64,000 bases of DNA from Pseudomonadota bacterium (GTDB taxonomy: Bacteria; Pseudomonadota; Alphaproteobacteria; Rhizobiales; Xanthobacteraceae), in contig JAFAFP010000158.1 of NCBI GenBank assembly GCA_023423415.1, positions 3,814 through 67,813 on the forward strand, read 5' to 3'. How positions within the stretch are numbered: position 1 is the first letter of the stretch; the number at the start of each line of letters is the position of its first letter. The notes under the pieces are model-generated. The model was not told where the DNA came from. It ran no database searches and worked only from the letters and a program-made list of their open reading frames with translations. Position numbers and translations under genes: made by a program. Of the stretch, positions 42,398 through 53,059 are shown piece by piece.

Positions 42398-43696
42398 ATG
42401 ACCCCTGCTGCCCGTATCTCTGCCGCGATCGAGGTTCTTGCCGACATCGAGACGCGCCGTCGCCCGGCCTCCGATGCATTGAAGGATTGGGGACTGTCGC
42501 ATCGCTTTGCCGGTTCCGGCGATCGCGCGGCGATTGCGGGCCTTGTGTACGATGCGCTGCGTCGCCGTGCGTCGAGCGCTTCCGTCATGGGAGAGGCAAC
42601 GCCACGGGCAAACATTCTTGGCATGCTACGGCTAGAGCGCAAACTCGATGTGGATGGGATTGCGGCGCTGTTCAGCGGCGCGCGTTTCGCGCCTGAGCCG
42701 ATGAGTGACACCGAACGCGAGCGCGTGGCTTCGGCGAGCCTCGATGGTGCCGCGCCGCATATCGCCGGCGATTACCCGGAATGGCTTGATGCAAGCTTCG
42801 CCACCGTATTCGGCGAGGCGCGGACGGAGGAACTGGCGGCCCTCGCCGAGCGAGCCCCGCTTGATCTGCGGGTCAACACGCTGAAGGCAGAACGTGAGAA
42901 AGTCTCTGCCGAACTCAGCGAATACAATCCGCAGAATACCGATTGGTCGCCGCTCGGTCTGCGGATCCGCGTTGCGCCCGACGCCAAGAGCCCGGCGATC
43001 CAGTCGGAGCCCGACTTCATCAAGGGCGGAATCGAAATCCAGGACGAGGGCTCGCAGCTCGCGGCCCTGTTCTCCGCCGCTCGGCCCGGCGAGCAGGTGG
43101 TTGACCTTTGCGCCGGCGCGGGCGGCAAGACGCTGGCGCTGGCGGCATTGATGGAAAATACCGGCCAGATCTTCGCCACCGACACCGACAAGCGCCGCCT
43201 GTCGCCGATCCATGCCCGGCTGGAGCGCGCCGGTGTCCGCAACGTCCAGGTCCGCACCCCGCGCGGCGCGGCGGAAACCCTGGACGATCTCAAGGGCGCG
43301 ATCGACCTTGTCCTGATCGACGCGCCGTGCACCGGCACCGGCTCCTGGCGCCGCAACCCGGACGCCAAATGGCGCATGCGACCCGGCGCATTGGAAATCC
43401 GGCAGAAGGACCAGGCAGCGGTGCTCGACCGCGCCGTGCCGCTGCTCAAGCCCGATGGCCGCATCGCCTACATCACATGTTCGGTGCTGGATGAGGAAAA
43501 CGGCGCACAAATCCGCGCCTTTCTGGGCCGTCACCCCGCCTTTTCCGTGGAAAAGCCCGATCAGGTCGCGGCGGTCTTGGGCGAGCGCGGCTATCTATTC
43601 GCCAAGGCGGCCCTTATCTCGGCGGAGGGGTTGCTAATGACCCCGCGCCGCACCGGAACCGACGGATTTTTCGTCAGCGTCCTGCGGCAAACCTAG
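42398..43696 (+). CDS. RsmB/NOP family RNA m5C methyltransferase
   Basis: [35 protein letters not shown]. Confidence 0.93.
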   Translation: MTPAARISAAIEVLADIETRRRPASDALKDWGLSHRFAGSGDRAAIAGLVYDALRRRASSASVMGEATPRANILGMLRLERKLDVDGIAALFSGARFAPEPMSDTERERVASASLDGAAPHIAGDYPEWLDASFATVFGEARTEELAALAERAPLDLRVNTLKAEREKVSAELSEYNPQNTDWSPLGLRIRVAPDAKSPAIQSEPDFIKGGIEIQDEGSQLAALFSAARPGEQVVDLCAGAGGKTLALAALMENTGQIFATDTDKRRLSPIHARLERAGVRNVQVRTPRGAAETLDDLKGAIDLVLIDAPCTGTGSWRRNPDAKWRMRPGALEIRQKDQAAVLDRAVPLLKPDGRIAYITCSVLDEENGAQIRAFLGRHPAFSVEKPDQVAAVLGERGYLFAKAALISAEGLLMTPRRTGTDGFFVSVLRQT

Positions 43697-43742
43697 CCTT
43701 TCCGCCGCTCGACAGACTCTTTCTCCACCTCTAAAAGCCGCC

Positions 43743-45305
43743 ATGGCGCACACACCCCAGCACGACAAACTCCTCATCATCGATTTCGGCTCGCAGGTCA
43801 CGCAGCTCATCGCAAGGCGCGTGCGCGAGGAGGGCGTTTATTCCGAGATCGTCCCGTTCCAGAAAGCCGAAGAAGCCTTCAAGGCGATGCAGCCGAAAGC
43901 CGTGATCCTGTCCGGTGGTCCGGCCTCGGTGCACGAGCAGAGCGCGCCGCTGGCGCCACCCGCGATCTATGACGCCGGCGTGCCGATCCTCGGCATCTGC
44001 TACGGCGAGCAGGCGATGGCGCAGCAGCTCGGCGGCAAGGTTGAGGGCGGCCATCACCGCGAATTCGGCCGCGCCGAGGTGACGGTCAGCGATGACTCGC
44101 CGCTGTTCGACGGCGTGTGGGAGAAGGGCAAGAGCTATCCGGTGTGGATGAGCCACGGCGACCGCGTCACCGTGCCGCCGGAAGGCTTCCGCACCATCGC
44201 CACCTCGCCGAATGCACCGATCGCGGTGATCGCCGACGACAAGCGCAAATTCTACGGCGCGCAATTCCATCTCGAGGTCGTGCACACGCCGCAGGGCGCG
44301 GCGCTGCTGCGCAACTTCGTGCGCAAGATCGCCGGCTTCAGCGGCGATTGGACCATGCGCGCCTTCAAGGACGAGGCGATCGAAAAGATCCGCGCGCAGG
44401 TCGGCAAGGGAAAGGTGATCTGCGGCCTGTCCGGCGGTGTCGATTCATCGGTTGCGGCTGTTCTGTTGCACGAAGCGATCGGCGAGCAGCTCACCTGCGT
44501 GTTCGTCGACCACGGCCTGCTGCGTCTCAATGAAGCCGATACGGTGGTGCAGCTGTTCCGCGACCACTACAATATTCCGCTCGTGCATGTGCAGGCCGAG
44601 GACCTGTTCCTGAAGGAGCTGGCCGGCGTCGACGATCCGGAGAAGAAGCGCAAGATCATCGGCAAGCTGTTCATCGATGTGTTCGAACAGGAAGCGAAGA
44701 AAATCGGCGGCGCGGATTTTCTGGCGCAAGGCACGCTCTATCCCGACGTGATCGAGAGCGTGTCGTTCACCGGCGGGCCTTCGGTGACGATCAAGTCGCA
44801 CCACAATGTCGGCGGCTTGCCCGAACGCATGAACATGAAGCTGGTCGAGCCGTTGCGCGAACTCTTCAAGGATGAGGTGCGCGCGCTGGGTCGTGAGCTA
44901 GGCTTGCCGGATGTGTTCGTCGGGCGTCATCCGTTTCCCGGACCGGGGCTTGCGATCCGCTGCCCTGGAGCCGTCAGCAAGCCGCAACTCGATATCCTGC
45001 GCCAGGCCGATGCGATCTATATCGACGAGATCCGCAAGGCCGGTCTCTACGACACCATCTGGCAGGCCTTCGCGGTGATCCTTCCGGTGAAGACGGTCGG
45101 CGTGATGGGCGACGGCCGCACCTACGAGCATGTGCTCGGCCTGCGCGCGGTGACCTCGACCGACGGCATGACGGCGGATTTCTATCCGTTCGACATGAAG
45201 TTCTTAGGGAATGTCGCAACCCGCATCATCAACGAGGTTAAGGGCGTCAACCGCGTCGTCTACGACGTGACGTCAAAACCGCCTGGGACGATTGAGTGGG
45301 AGTGA
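43743..45305 (+). CDS. guaA: GMP synthase (glutamine-hydrolysing)
   Basis: [35 protein letters not shown]. Confidence 0.98.
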   Translation: MAHTPQHDKLLIIDFGSQVTQLIARRVREEGVYSEIVPFQKAEEAFKAMQPKAVILSGGPASVHEQSAPLAPPAIYDAGVPILGICYGEQAMAQQLGGKVEGGHHREFGRAEVTVSDDSPLFDGVWEKGKSYPVWMSHGDRVTVPPEGFRTIATSPNAPIAVIADDKRKFYGAQFHLEVVHTPQGAALLRNFVRKIAGFSGDWTMRAFKDEAIEKIRAQVGKGKVICGLSGGVDSSVAAVLLHEAIGEQLTCVFVDHGLLRLNEADTVVQLFRDHYNIPLVHVQAEDLFLKELAGVDDPEKKRKIIGKLFIDVFEQEAKKIGGADFLAQGTLYPDVIESVSFTGGPSVTIKSHHNVGGLPERMNMKLVEPLRELFKDEVRALGRELGLPDVFVGRHPFPGPGLAIRCPGAVSKPQLDILRQADAIYIDEIRKAGLYDTIWQAFAVILPVKTVGVMGDGRTYEHVLGLRAVTSTDGMTADFYPFDMKFLGNVATRIINEVKGVNRVVYDVTSKPPGTIEWE

Positions 45306-45583
45306 GGAATCCTCGGAATTGCTTGCGAAGCCTTATGCAAGACGCATGTATTAAGAACTAAGCCCACGATTTCGTGAGCTTTTTTAATGCGAGTCTCTCG
45401 GTTGGGTGGATGACGGCTCCCATTGGCGGAAGCGTAAGCTCGGTTGTGGATTAGTAGCGCTTCGGTCTGCGAAACGGCGCCGCTCCCGATCCGGAGGAAC
45501 CGTGTCATGTCGTCGCGCGTTGCGGGCGCAGCGCCTTCCGCATACGCGGGCGGCCTGCTCCGACATGAAAGCGGCGATTTGCG

Positions 45584-46351
45584 ATGTCGACCGGAAATTC
45601 ATTCCGCCTCGAAGGCGACGTTGCGATCGTCACCGGAGCTGGCGCTGGGATTGGCAGAGCCATTGCCGAGACCTTCGCCGGGGCGGGCGCAGCCGTGATG
45701 GTGACGGATCTTCGGAAGGAGACGGCCGATGTTGTCGCCAAGGCCATCGGCGATGCTGGCGGCGAGGCTATCGGTGTTGAGTGCAACGTGACCGATGAGG
45801 CGCATCGCGTAGCGGCGGTCGATGCCGCGCTGCAGAGCTTCGGCAAAATATCGATCCTCGTGAACAATGCCGGCGGCGGTGGCCCCAAGCCGTTCGACAT
45901 GCCGCTTGAGGACTTCGAATGGGCCTATAGGCTCAACGTATTCGCGCCATTCCGCCTGATGCAGCTTGCTTCGCCGCACATGCAGAGAGCCGGTGGAGGG
46001 GCCATTCTCAACATTTCGTCGATGTCCGGTGAAAACAGGAATGTTCGAATGGCCTCCTATGGATCGTCCAAGGCGGCGGTCAATCATCTCACGCGCAACA
46101 CCGCGTTCGACCTCGGTCCCATGGGTATCCGCGTCAACGCCATTGCGCCGGGTGCAATCAGGACCGACGCCTTGGCCAAGGTCCTGACGCCTGAGGTCGA
46201 AAAGACGATGCTGAAGCACACGCCGCTCGGACGCTTGGGCACTGCCCAGGACATAGCGAACGCAGCCCTGTTCCTCTGCTCCCCTGCCGCGTCCTGGGTT
46301 AGCGGACAAATCCTCACTGTGTCCGGCGGCGGGGTTCAGGAGCTCGATTGA
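45584..46351 (+). CDS. hdhA: 7-alpha-hydroxysteroid dehydrogenase-like SDR
   Basis: NNAGGGGPKPFDMP and FLCSPAASWVSGQILTVSGGGVQEL match my recollection of E. coli HdhA. Confidence 0.85.
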   Translation: MSTGNSFRLEGDVAIVTGAGAGIGRAIAETFAGAGAAVMVTDLRKETADVVAKAIGDAGGEAIGVECNVTDEAHRVAAVDAALQSFGKISILVNNAGGGGPKPFDMPLEDFEWAYRLNVFAPFRLMQLASPHMQRAGGGAILNISSMSGENRNVRMASYGSSKAAVNHLTRNTAFDLGPMGIRVNAIAPGAIRTDALAKVLTPEVEKTMLKHTPLGRLGTAQDIANAALFLCSPAASWVSGQILTVSGGGVQELD

Positions 46352-46448
46352 AGTGATGACGACAAGGGCGGCGCGTACGAGGAGCATATCCAATCGTGGC
46401 TTTGAGCAGGGTGATATTCATCTCCCTAAAGTCTCCCAAGCCTGACCT

Positions 46449-47099
46449 TTATTTGCTCTTGGCGACCCGCTTCGGCCGACGCACGGCTCTCACTTTTCCG
46501 CTGGCGCCGCCACCGCAGAAGAACTGATCGGCACCATCGGACTCCAGTCCCGAGACGCCTGTGCCGGCTGGCATGTCCAGTCTCTCAAGCACCTCGCCGG
46601 ACTGCGGATCAATGCGCAGCAATTCGCTTTCGTCGCCTTCCCAAGTGCCGTGCCAAAGCTCGCCATCGACCCATGTCACGCCGGTGACGAAGCGTTTGGA
46701 TTCGATGGTGCGCAGGATCTTGCCCGTATCGGGATCGATCTGATGGATCTTCCGGTCGCGATATTGCCCGACCCAGAGCGAGCCTTCGGCCCAGGCCAAA
46801 CCTGAGTCACCGCCATTGCCCGGCGACGGAATGGTGGACAGCACGTGACCGGTTTTCGGATCGATTTTCTGGATGCGGCTCTCGGCGATCTGAAACAGAT
46901 GCTCGCCATCGAACGCGGTGCCGGCATGCGCGGGGACATCGATCGAACGCTGTGTCATTCCGCTTGCGGGATCGAGCGCGAGCAGCTTGTCTCCCACGGC
47001 GAACCAGACATGCTGGTGGTCATAGGTCAGACCATGCACGTGATCGACACCGGGGAAGGGACCGTATTCGCGGATGATGTCTGCGTTTGATCGCTTCAT
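46449..47099 (-). CDS. Beta-propeller protein, glutaminyl cyclase-like
   Basis: Repeated blade-like motifs GLTYD/GTAFD/GLAWA/GVTWV, each followed by IDP.TG-like turns; no signal peptide. Confidence 0.7.
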   Translation of the reverse strand: MKRSNADIIREYGPFPGVDHVHGLTYDHQHVWFAVGDKLLALDPASGMTQRSIDVPAHAGTAFDGEHLFQIAESRIQKIDPKTGHVLSTIPSPGNGGDSGLAWAEGSLWVGQYRDRKIHQIDPDTGKILRTIESKRFVTGVTWVDGELWHGTWEGDESELLRIDPQSGEVLERLDMPAGTGVSGLESDGADQFFCGGGASGKVRAVRRPKRVAKSK

Positions 47100-47166
47100 G
47101 ATGGTCTCCTGACTCTTGATATGTTCCAGCCCGTGCCGAGCGTTCGATTGTTGTCGTCAGGAAAGA

Positions 47167-48387
47167 CTAGTCGCTCGGTAGCGGGGCCGGGAGTAACAAG
47201 GTCGTCGTGAATCCCGGCATCGGCGGTGTCATCCAGCGTCGCGCGCGTCCGCGCCCGAACGATTGCACCTTGCCTGCCGCGGATAGCTCATCGAGCGCGC
47301 GCTGCACGCTGCGCTGGCTGGTGCCGAGGGCAAGCGCCAAAGCCGAACTCGACCACGCTTCACCATCGGCAAGGAACGCAAGCACCGGCGCGTGATGCTC
47401 CTCGACGGGACGCGCCAGCACCACGACGTTCCTTGCGCGCGGCGGCACCAGCGCAAATCCGTCCTTCGTTGCGCTGACACTCGCCACCTTCCGCAACAGT
47501 GTGCGGAGTCGCCCCATTTCGACACGGAGCCGGGCGCGATGCGATTCATCGGCGTGCTTGCCGCGAAAAGCCCGCGCGATCAGCGCCGATCTTGACGCAT
47601 CCGCAGGCCATGCCTCGGCCAGCGCCCGTGCGAGCGCGAACAGCACCGGCCGCCGTGCAAGTGAAATGGTCGTCCGTGCATCGCGCACGACATAACGGCA
47701 TGCATCGACGACAAGCGCTTTTGACAATTGCAAGGCCTCGACGTCTTCGAGCAGGAGCGTGCGTTCCTTTCCACGTGCAATCAAACGTGCAGCCGGTGTG
47801 GTCAGGATATCAAGCGCAGTAGTGACCTCCATCGCCAGCGCCGGAATATCAGCTTGACGCGCGGCGCGCTGAGCGCGGGCGAGCGCGGCACGCGCCGCTT
47901 TTGTATCGAGGCGCCGCATCGCGATGCCGGCGACGAGCAGCTCATGCGCTGTCCTCGATGCCGGCGGAAAATCCGCAGGATTGAGTGCGGCCAGCAGACG
48001 CTCGGCTTCATCGAGATGTCCGATCAGGAGATGACGCCGGATCTGAAGATAACGCGCATGAGCGGCATTCACACGGTCGCCATGCGCATCCAGTGTCACG
48101 CGCGCCGTTTCGAGCGCCTTGATATTCCAAATGAGATCGCGCGAGACAAATGCGATCTCTGCCTCTGCCACGACGCATCTTGCGCGCGCCACAGCTTCCT
48201 TCGGTCCGAAGGCGCGGGCGGCCTTGCGTAACAGCACCTTCGATCGATCGAAATCGCCGAGCTGCGCCATGGCAATGCCACGCAGCGCGAGCGCGGAGGC
48301 ATCGTCGCGCAGGGCGACCCGGTTCAATGCGCCGAGGGGATCGCCCGCGGCGAGTGCCCGTGCTGCAGCGGTAATCAGCGAGTCCAT
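47167..48387 (-). CDS. Ala/Arg-rich helical protein with C-terminal HTH, putative regulator
   Basis: TPR-like helical N-terminus; C-terminal SSALALALGTSQRSVQRAL HTH-like motif. Confidence 0.7.
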   Translation of the reverse strand: MDSLITAAARALAAGDPLGALNRVALRDDASALALRGIAMAQLGDFDRSKVLLRKAARAFGPKEAVARARCVVAEAEIAFVSRDLIWNIKALETARVTLDAHGDRVNAAHARYLQIRRHLLIGHLDEAERLLAALNPADFPPASRTAHELLVAGIAMRRLDTKAARAALARAQRAARQADIPALAMEVTTALDILTTPAARLIARGKERTLLLEDVEALQLSKALVVDACRYVVRDARTTISLARRPVLFALARALAEAWPADASRSALIARAFRGKHADESHRARLRVEMGRLRTLLRKVASVSATKDGFALVPPRARNVVVLARPVEEHHAPVLAFLADGEAWSSSALALALGTSQRSVQRALDELSAAGKVQSFGRGRARRWMTPPMPGFTTTLLLPAPLPSD

Positions 48388-48506
48388 GGGAATCCCGCCA
48401 GAATTGTCACTCTCGCTATCGAAGGTCCGGTCCTAGTCTATCTGACGACGATCAACCAGCACGTCGTGCTGAAAACGGCGCGACGACGACCATAAAGGAG
48501 TGGACG

Positions 48507-49286
48507 ATGCCAAATCATGTCACCGGAACCCGTGCGGATTGGCTTGCCGCGCGGCGCGATCTGCTTGCGGCTGAAAAGGATCTCACGCATCGCAGCGACG
48601 CGCTGGCACAGCAGCGGCAGGCGCTGCCGTGGGTCAGGATCGACAAATCCTATCGGTTTGATACCGACGAGAGGAGTGTTTCGCTGGCCGAGTTGTTCAA
48701 CGGACGCTCGCAGCTTCTCGTCTACCACTTCATGTTCGGACCCGATTACAAGGCGGGATGTCCATCCTGTTCGATGATTGCGGATGGCTTCAACGGGTTC
48801 ACTACTCATCTCGCCAATCACGACGTGATGCTCTGGGCAGTATCGCGAGCGCCACTCGCGAAATTGCGGGCATTCAAGCAGCGGATGGGATGGAGCTTTC
48901 CCTGGGCGTCCTCTGCCGGCGGCGATTTCAATGCCGACTTCAACGTCTGGTTCACCGAGGACCAGCAGCGTGCCGGCGACATTGAGTACAATTACGCGCG
49001 CGAGCCGAAGTTTGAGTGGCGCGCGGGGCAGGACGGCGGCGGTCAAAGCGCTGAAAGCAATTTCGCAACCATGTGCGGAACCGACTCGGCCACGTATCAA
49101 CGCGACAGACCGGGCATGAGCGCATTCGCGCTGGAAGACGGTGTCATCTATCACACGTATTCGACATATGCGCGCGGCCTCGACAGCATCTGGGGTATCT
49201 ATCCGTGGCTCGATCGCGCGCCCAAGGGACGCAATGAAAACAAAGGCCCCTGGTGGCGTCGCCATGACGAATACGACCATGGCTAA
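48507..49286 (+). CDS. DUF899 thioredoxin-like protein
   Basis: LVYHFMFGP, GCPSCS, VSRAP, HTYSTYARG, LDRAPKGR, RRHDEY. Confidence 0.88.
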   Translation: MPNHVTGTRADWLAARRDLLAAEKDLTHRSDALAQQRQALPWVRIDKSYRFDTDERSVSLAELFNGRSQLLVYHFMFGPDYKAGCPSCSMIADGFNGFTTHLANHDVMLWAVSRAPLAKLRAFKQRMGWSFPWASSAGGDFNADFNVWFTEDQQRAGDIEYNYAREPKFEWRAGQDGGGQSAESNFATMCGTDSATYQRDRPGMSAFALEDGVIYHTYSTYARGLDSIWGIYPWLDRAPKGRNENKGPWWRRHDEYDHG

Positions 49287-49575
49287 TATGGCGATATCCC
49301 GCCGTGCATCCAGCGTGGCCGCCATTCGTGTGGCCGATTGGCTTTCCCTTGCGGCTGCACCGACCTTCGCCGTCATGGCGCTGGTTACGGCAATTTTCGA
49401 TAGTGCGCCGGATGCATTGTGCTTGGCCGCGCAGGGATCACCCTTCAGCGGAATGGTGGTGATGTATGTGCTGATGAGTGTCTTTCATGTGTCGCCCTGG
49501 CTGAGGCTGATCTATAGGTCCGGTTTGAGGCCAAGGCCGGTACGTTCGGCGGCGCGCGATATCCAAGGTTGCTAA
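49279..49575 (+). CDS. Small two-TM membrane protein coupled to DUF899 (start uncertain)
   Basis: LSLAAAPTFAVMA...GMVVMYVLMSVFH..PW; overlaps the DUF899 stop. Confidence 0.7.
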   Translation: MANMAISRRASSVAAIRVADWLSLAAAPTFAVMALVTAIFDSAPDALCLAAQGSPFSGMVVMYVLMSVFHVSPWLRLIYRSGLRPRPVRSAARDIQGC

Positions 49576-49632
49576 TATGGTGTCCTGAGCCGATCTCTCT
49601 GACGTGGGGATGGTCGTGAAAGGGCACGCAAC

Positions 49633-50556
49633 ATGCGGACAGAGCAAGGCATCCTGCAAACCTCCATCGGCGTTACCGTGTTCGTAGCCTGCTTCGGTAT
49701 TGTCTTCGGCATTCTGACAGGCTCGTTTTCCATCTCCTTCGATGGCGTCTATTCGCTGGCGGATGCCAGCATGACGATCCTCGCGTTGATCGTTTCGCGG
49801 CTGATCGCGAATTATACGTCGAATGCGGGCAGCGCCAGATTGCGCGAAAGGTTCTCGCTCGGGTTCTGGCATCTGGAGCCGATCGTTCTCGGCATGAATG
49901 GCGTCCTGCTCATGGGTGTGTCGATCTACGCGCTGATCACCGCCATCAGCAGCTTGTTCGCCGGCGGGCACACGTTGAAGTTCGACTATGCCATCATTTA
50001 TGCCGCCGTGACGCTTGTTGTGTGTCTTGCCATGGCTTTCATCGCCAGGCGAGCGAACCGTTCTCTCGGTTCAGAGTTTGTCGCGCTGGATGCAACCGCC
50101 TGGTTGATGTCCGCCGGGATCACGGCGGCATTGCTCGTTGCTTTCAGCGGCGGATATCTTGTCAACGGAACGCGGCTGGCCTGGATCACTCCGTATATCG
50201 ATCCGGCCGTGCTGGCTCTGGTGTGTCTCGTCATCATTCCGATGCCGGTCGCTACGGTCCGGCAGGCGCTGGCCGATATCCTGTTGATCACGCCGGAAGC
50301 GCTGAAGTCGCATGTCGATGCCGTCGCGGCGTCGGTGGTCGAGAAATACGGATTTCTCTCGCATCGCGCCTACGTGGCCAAGGTCGGCCGCCTGAATCAG
50401 GTGGAGCTCTATTTCATCGTTCCGCACGGGTTGCCGCCAAAGACCATCGAAGAATGGGATCAGCTCCGCGACGAAATCGGCGATGCCATCGGGGATGAGG
50501 GGCCAGACCGCTGGCTCACCATCGCCTTCACGGCCGACAAGACGTGGGCGGAGTAG
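49633..50556 (+). CDS. Cation diffusion facilitator (CDF) family transporter
   Basis: SISFDGVYSLAD, GFWHLEP, YIDP; about 6 TM plus C-terminal domain. Confidence 0.85.
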   Translation: MRTEQGILQTSIGVTVFVACFGIVFGILTGSFSISFDGVYSLADASMTILALIVSRLIANYTSNAGSARLRERFSLGFWHLEPIVLGMNGVLLMGVSIYALITAISSLFAGGHTLKFDYAIIYAAVTLVVCLAMAFIARRANRSLGSEFVALDATAWLMSAGITAALLVAFSGGYLVNGTRLAWITPYIDPAVLALVCLVIIPMPVATVRQALADILLITPEALKSHVDAVAASVVEKYGFLSHRAYVAKVGRLNQVELYFIVPHGLPPKTIEEWDQLRDEIGDAIGDEGPDRWLTIAFTADKTWAE

Positions 50557-50719
50557 ATCGGACCCGGGGCCACGTTGTCGGCTGGTTCGGTTTCGCGGAA
50601 CGGGATCCGAAGTCATAGGGCCGCCCTAATTTTAGGACAGACGTTGTGAGGAACGGTGATTGTGCTTTTCCGGTCAGCCTTGCGCCGGCCGGGGGACCGG
50701 AAATTGTCATCTGATTGGC

Positions 50720-50753
50720 CGGCTTGCTTCAGCGTACAGGAGGCGATGCCATG
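50720..50753 (+). promoter_or_regulatory. Possible ROSE-like RNA thermometer
   Basis: CUUGCU can pair with SD AGGAG with a bulged G, directly upstream of an Hsp20 gene. Confidence 0.35.
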
Positions 50754-51236
50754 GCACGACATTCTCTCATTCCCGTCGGCAGCGGCTTCATAAGCGGCGA
50801 TCCATTCATGTCGCTGCAACGCAGTATGAATCGGCTGTTTGACGACATGTTCCGCAGCGGAGCGCCTTTGACGGGACAGGGCGAAGAGGGCGGCATGATC
50901 CTGCCGCAAATGAACGTTTCGGAAACTGAGAACGAAGTTCGGATCACAGCGGAATTGCCCGGCGTGTCGGAAAAGGATGTCGACATCACGCTCGACGACG
51001 ACATGCTGACCATCCGCGGCGAGAAACGGATGGAGAAGAAAGAGGACAAGGAAAACTATCACTTCGTGGAACGGTCATTCGGCCAGTTCCGGCGCACGCT
51101 GCGCGTTCCGCACTCCATCGACGCGGATCAGGTGCAGGCGAGCGTCGAGAATGGTGTGTTGACAGTGATCCTGCCCAAGCACCAGGGGCAGGAAAAAATG
51201 CGCCATATCCAGGTCAAGAGTGGCAGCACCCATTGA
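50751..51236 (+). CDS. Hsp20/alpha-crystallin small heat shock protein
   Basis: AELPGV, LTIRGEK, ERSFGQFRR, ENGVLTVILPK. Confidence 0.93.
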   Translation: MARHSLIPVGSGFISGDPFMSLQRSMNRLFDDMFRSGAPLTGQGEEGGMILPQMNVSETENEVRITAELPGVSEKDVDITLDDDMLTIRGEKRMEKKEDKENYHFVERSFGQFRRTLRVPHSIDADQVQASVENGVLTVILPKHQGQEKMRHIQVKSGSTH

Positions 51237-51848
51237 GACTGTCGCGACCCGCTATTCACGGGGATGGACGCTCCCGCAGACAATGCTTGCGGGTAAACCC
51301 GCATACGGAGCCAGGCTCCGTATGCGCACGCTCTTCGGGCATCAACGTCATCTGAGCTCAGTGGCCCCCCGCAACTCCTCGCCGGCGAGCTTTGAGGATG
51401 AAGCGCAAATGACCTGCCGCGTTCATGGTGAGTCATTGAGGATATGGCGTCATTAACCCGCAGCCTGATCGACGCACATCCGGGCCCGAATCATGAATGC
51501 ACTGCCCGCTGACCAATGATCTGCACGTCGAGTTTTGCAGGGGTTGCCCATTGGCGACATCGGCCCACTCTGATTGCGGTTGGGAGTGTTGCGAGCGCGT
51601 GGCTCGCCACCCAGGGAATTATGACGCCAGGCGTTCCCGATCCGGTGCTGACCAATACGCCTGTAACGCCGCCGCCGCCGACTCCGCCGCAAGGCTAAGC
51701 TCACGGTCCAGCCGAGCCATCGCTTGTCGTCAGGCCGGGGCATATCGCCGGCATCAAGCAATGTCCGCTTTTCGATCGCTATGGATTGCAAGCGGACATT
51801 GGCCTTTCATGAGTGCATGGCCTCTTCTTCAATGCGCCGCTGGCACTG

Positions 51849-52973
51849 TCAGCCCCACAGTTCCTTGCTCGCGAGCTTCGCCCCTTCTGCAAGGCTTTCG
51901 AACTTTGCCCACATCACTTGCGGATGCACGCGCTGCAGGCCCTCGGCTTGTGCGAAGCCGCAGTCGGTGCCGGCGATCAGGTTCTCCTTGCCGACCACTT
52001 TCGCGAAATTGATGATGCGCTCGGCAATCAGCTTCGGATGTTCCACCGTGGTCGTGTGATGCGTGATGATGCCGGGGATCAGGATCTTGCCGGCCGGCAG
52101 CTTCACGTCCTTCCACAGATGCCATTCGTGCTCGTGGCGCACGTTGGCCGCCTCGATCGAATAGGCGCCCGCATTCACCTTCAGCATCAGATCGACGATA
52201 TCGCTGAGCTGTGCATCGGCGACGTGCGGCACATGCCAGCTACCGAAGCAGATGTGATAGCGGATGCGATCCTGCGGAATGCCTTCCAGCGCCATGTTGA
52301 GCGCGGCGACGCGCAGCTCCGCCCATTCGCGATAGCGCTTCGGGCTTTCCTGCGTCAGATGATCGAACATGTTGGCGAGCACGGCGTCGTCCACCTGCAG
52401 CACCACGCCAGCCTTGACAATCTCGAGATATTCCTCGCGCAAAGCCTTGGCGATGGCGAAGACGTAGTCTTCCTCGCTCTTGTAATATTCGTTCTCGGCG
52501 TCATAGCCGACGCTCGCCGGCGCAACCGCGGTGAAGAACACGTCTTCGACTTTCACCTTTTCGGCGGCCGCTTTCAGAGCCGCAAGGTTGCTCCGCACGG
52601 CGTCATAGCCGTTATAGACAATCGGGCCGACGCAGGCATGACCGGGCGAGCCGACAGCACCGCGCGGAAACTGATCTTTCATGAACTCGGCAAAACGGAT
52701 GCGGTCGCGGCCAAGCCAGACTGCCTCGTAAAGCTTGTTCGGACGCGATTCGAAGCCGGTCATGCGCTCAAGGATGTAGTTCGCCCAGCCTGACTTGCCG
52801 AATTCGCCGTCGTTGACGATGTCGATGCCGGCTTTGGCTTGATGCGCAACGACCTCTTCAATCTCGTGCGCGAGCTGTTGTTCGTTGTGCTGCTTCGAGG
52901 CTTCCAGCGCCGCTTTCGATCGAATGAGACTGCCGACATGGGTCGTCAGGATGCGGTTTTCGCTACGCTTCAT
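51849..52973 (-). CDS. Cobalamin-independent methionine synthase II-like (single-barrel) protein
   Basis: TTHVGSL, NDGEF, HICFGS, GTDCGF (Zn ligands). Confidence 0.88.
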   Translation of the reverse strand: MKRSENRILTTHVGSLIRSKAALEASKQHNEQQLAHEIEEVVAHQAKAGIDIVNDGEFGKSGWANYILERMTGFESRPNKLYEAVWLGRDRIRFAEFMKDQFPRGAVGSPGHACVGPIVYNGYDAVRSNLAALKAAAEKVKVEDVFFTAVAPASVGYDAENEYYKSEEDYVFAIAKALREEYLEIVKAGVVLQVDDAVLANMFDHLTQESPKRYREWAELRVAALNMALEGIPQDRIRYHICFGSWHVPHVADAQLSDIVDLMLKVNAGAYSIEAANVRHEHEWHLWKDVKLPAGKILIPGIITHHTTTVEHPKLIAERIINFAKVVGKENLIAGTDCGFAQAEGLQRVHPQVMWAKFESLAEGAKLASKELWG

Positions 52974-53059
52974 CGTCAAGTGATCCTGTCAGTTCGTGCA
53001 GAGGAAAGATCGAGGGCGCAGCGCATACGACCGCGCCCTCAGGTTCGTGTGGCTCTCGT

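Noticed and set aside
51572..51588. gattgcggttgggagtg as a possible second att copy of the guaA end (gattgagtgggagtga)
   Set aside because: The match is short and gapped, compatible with chance.
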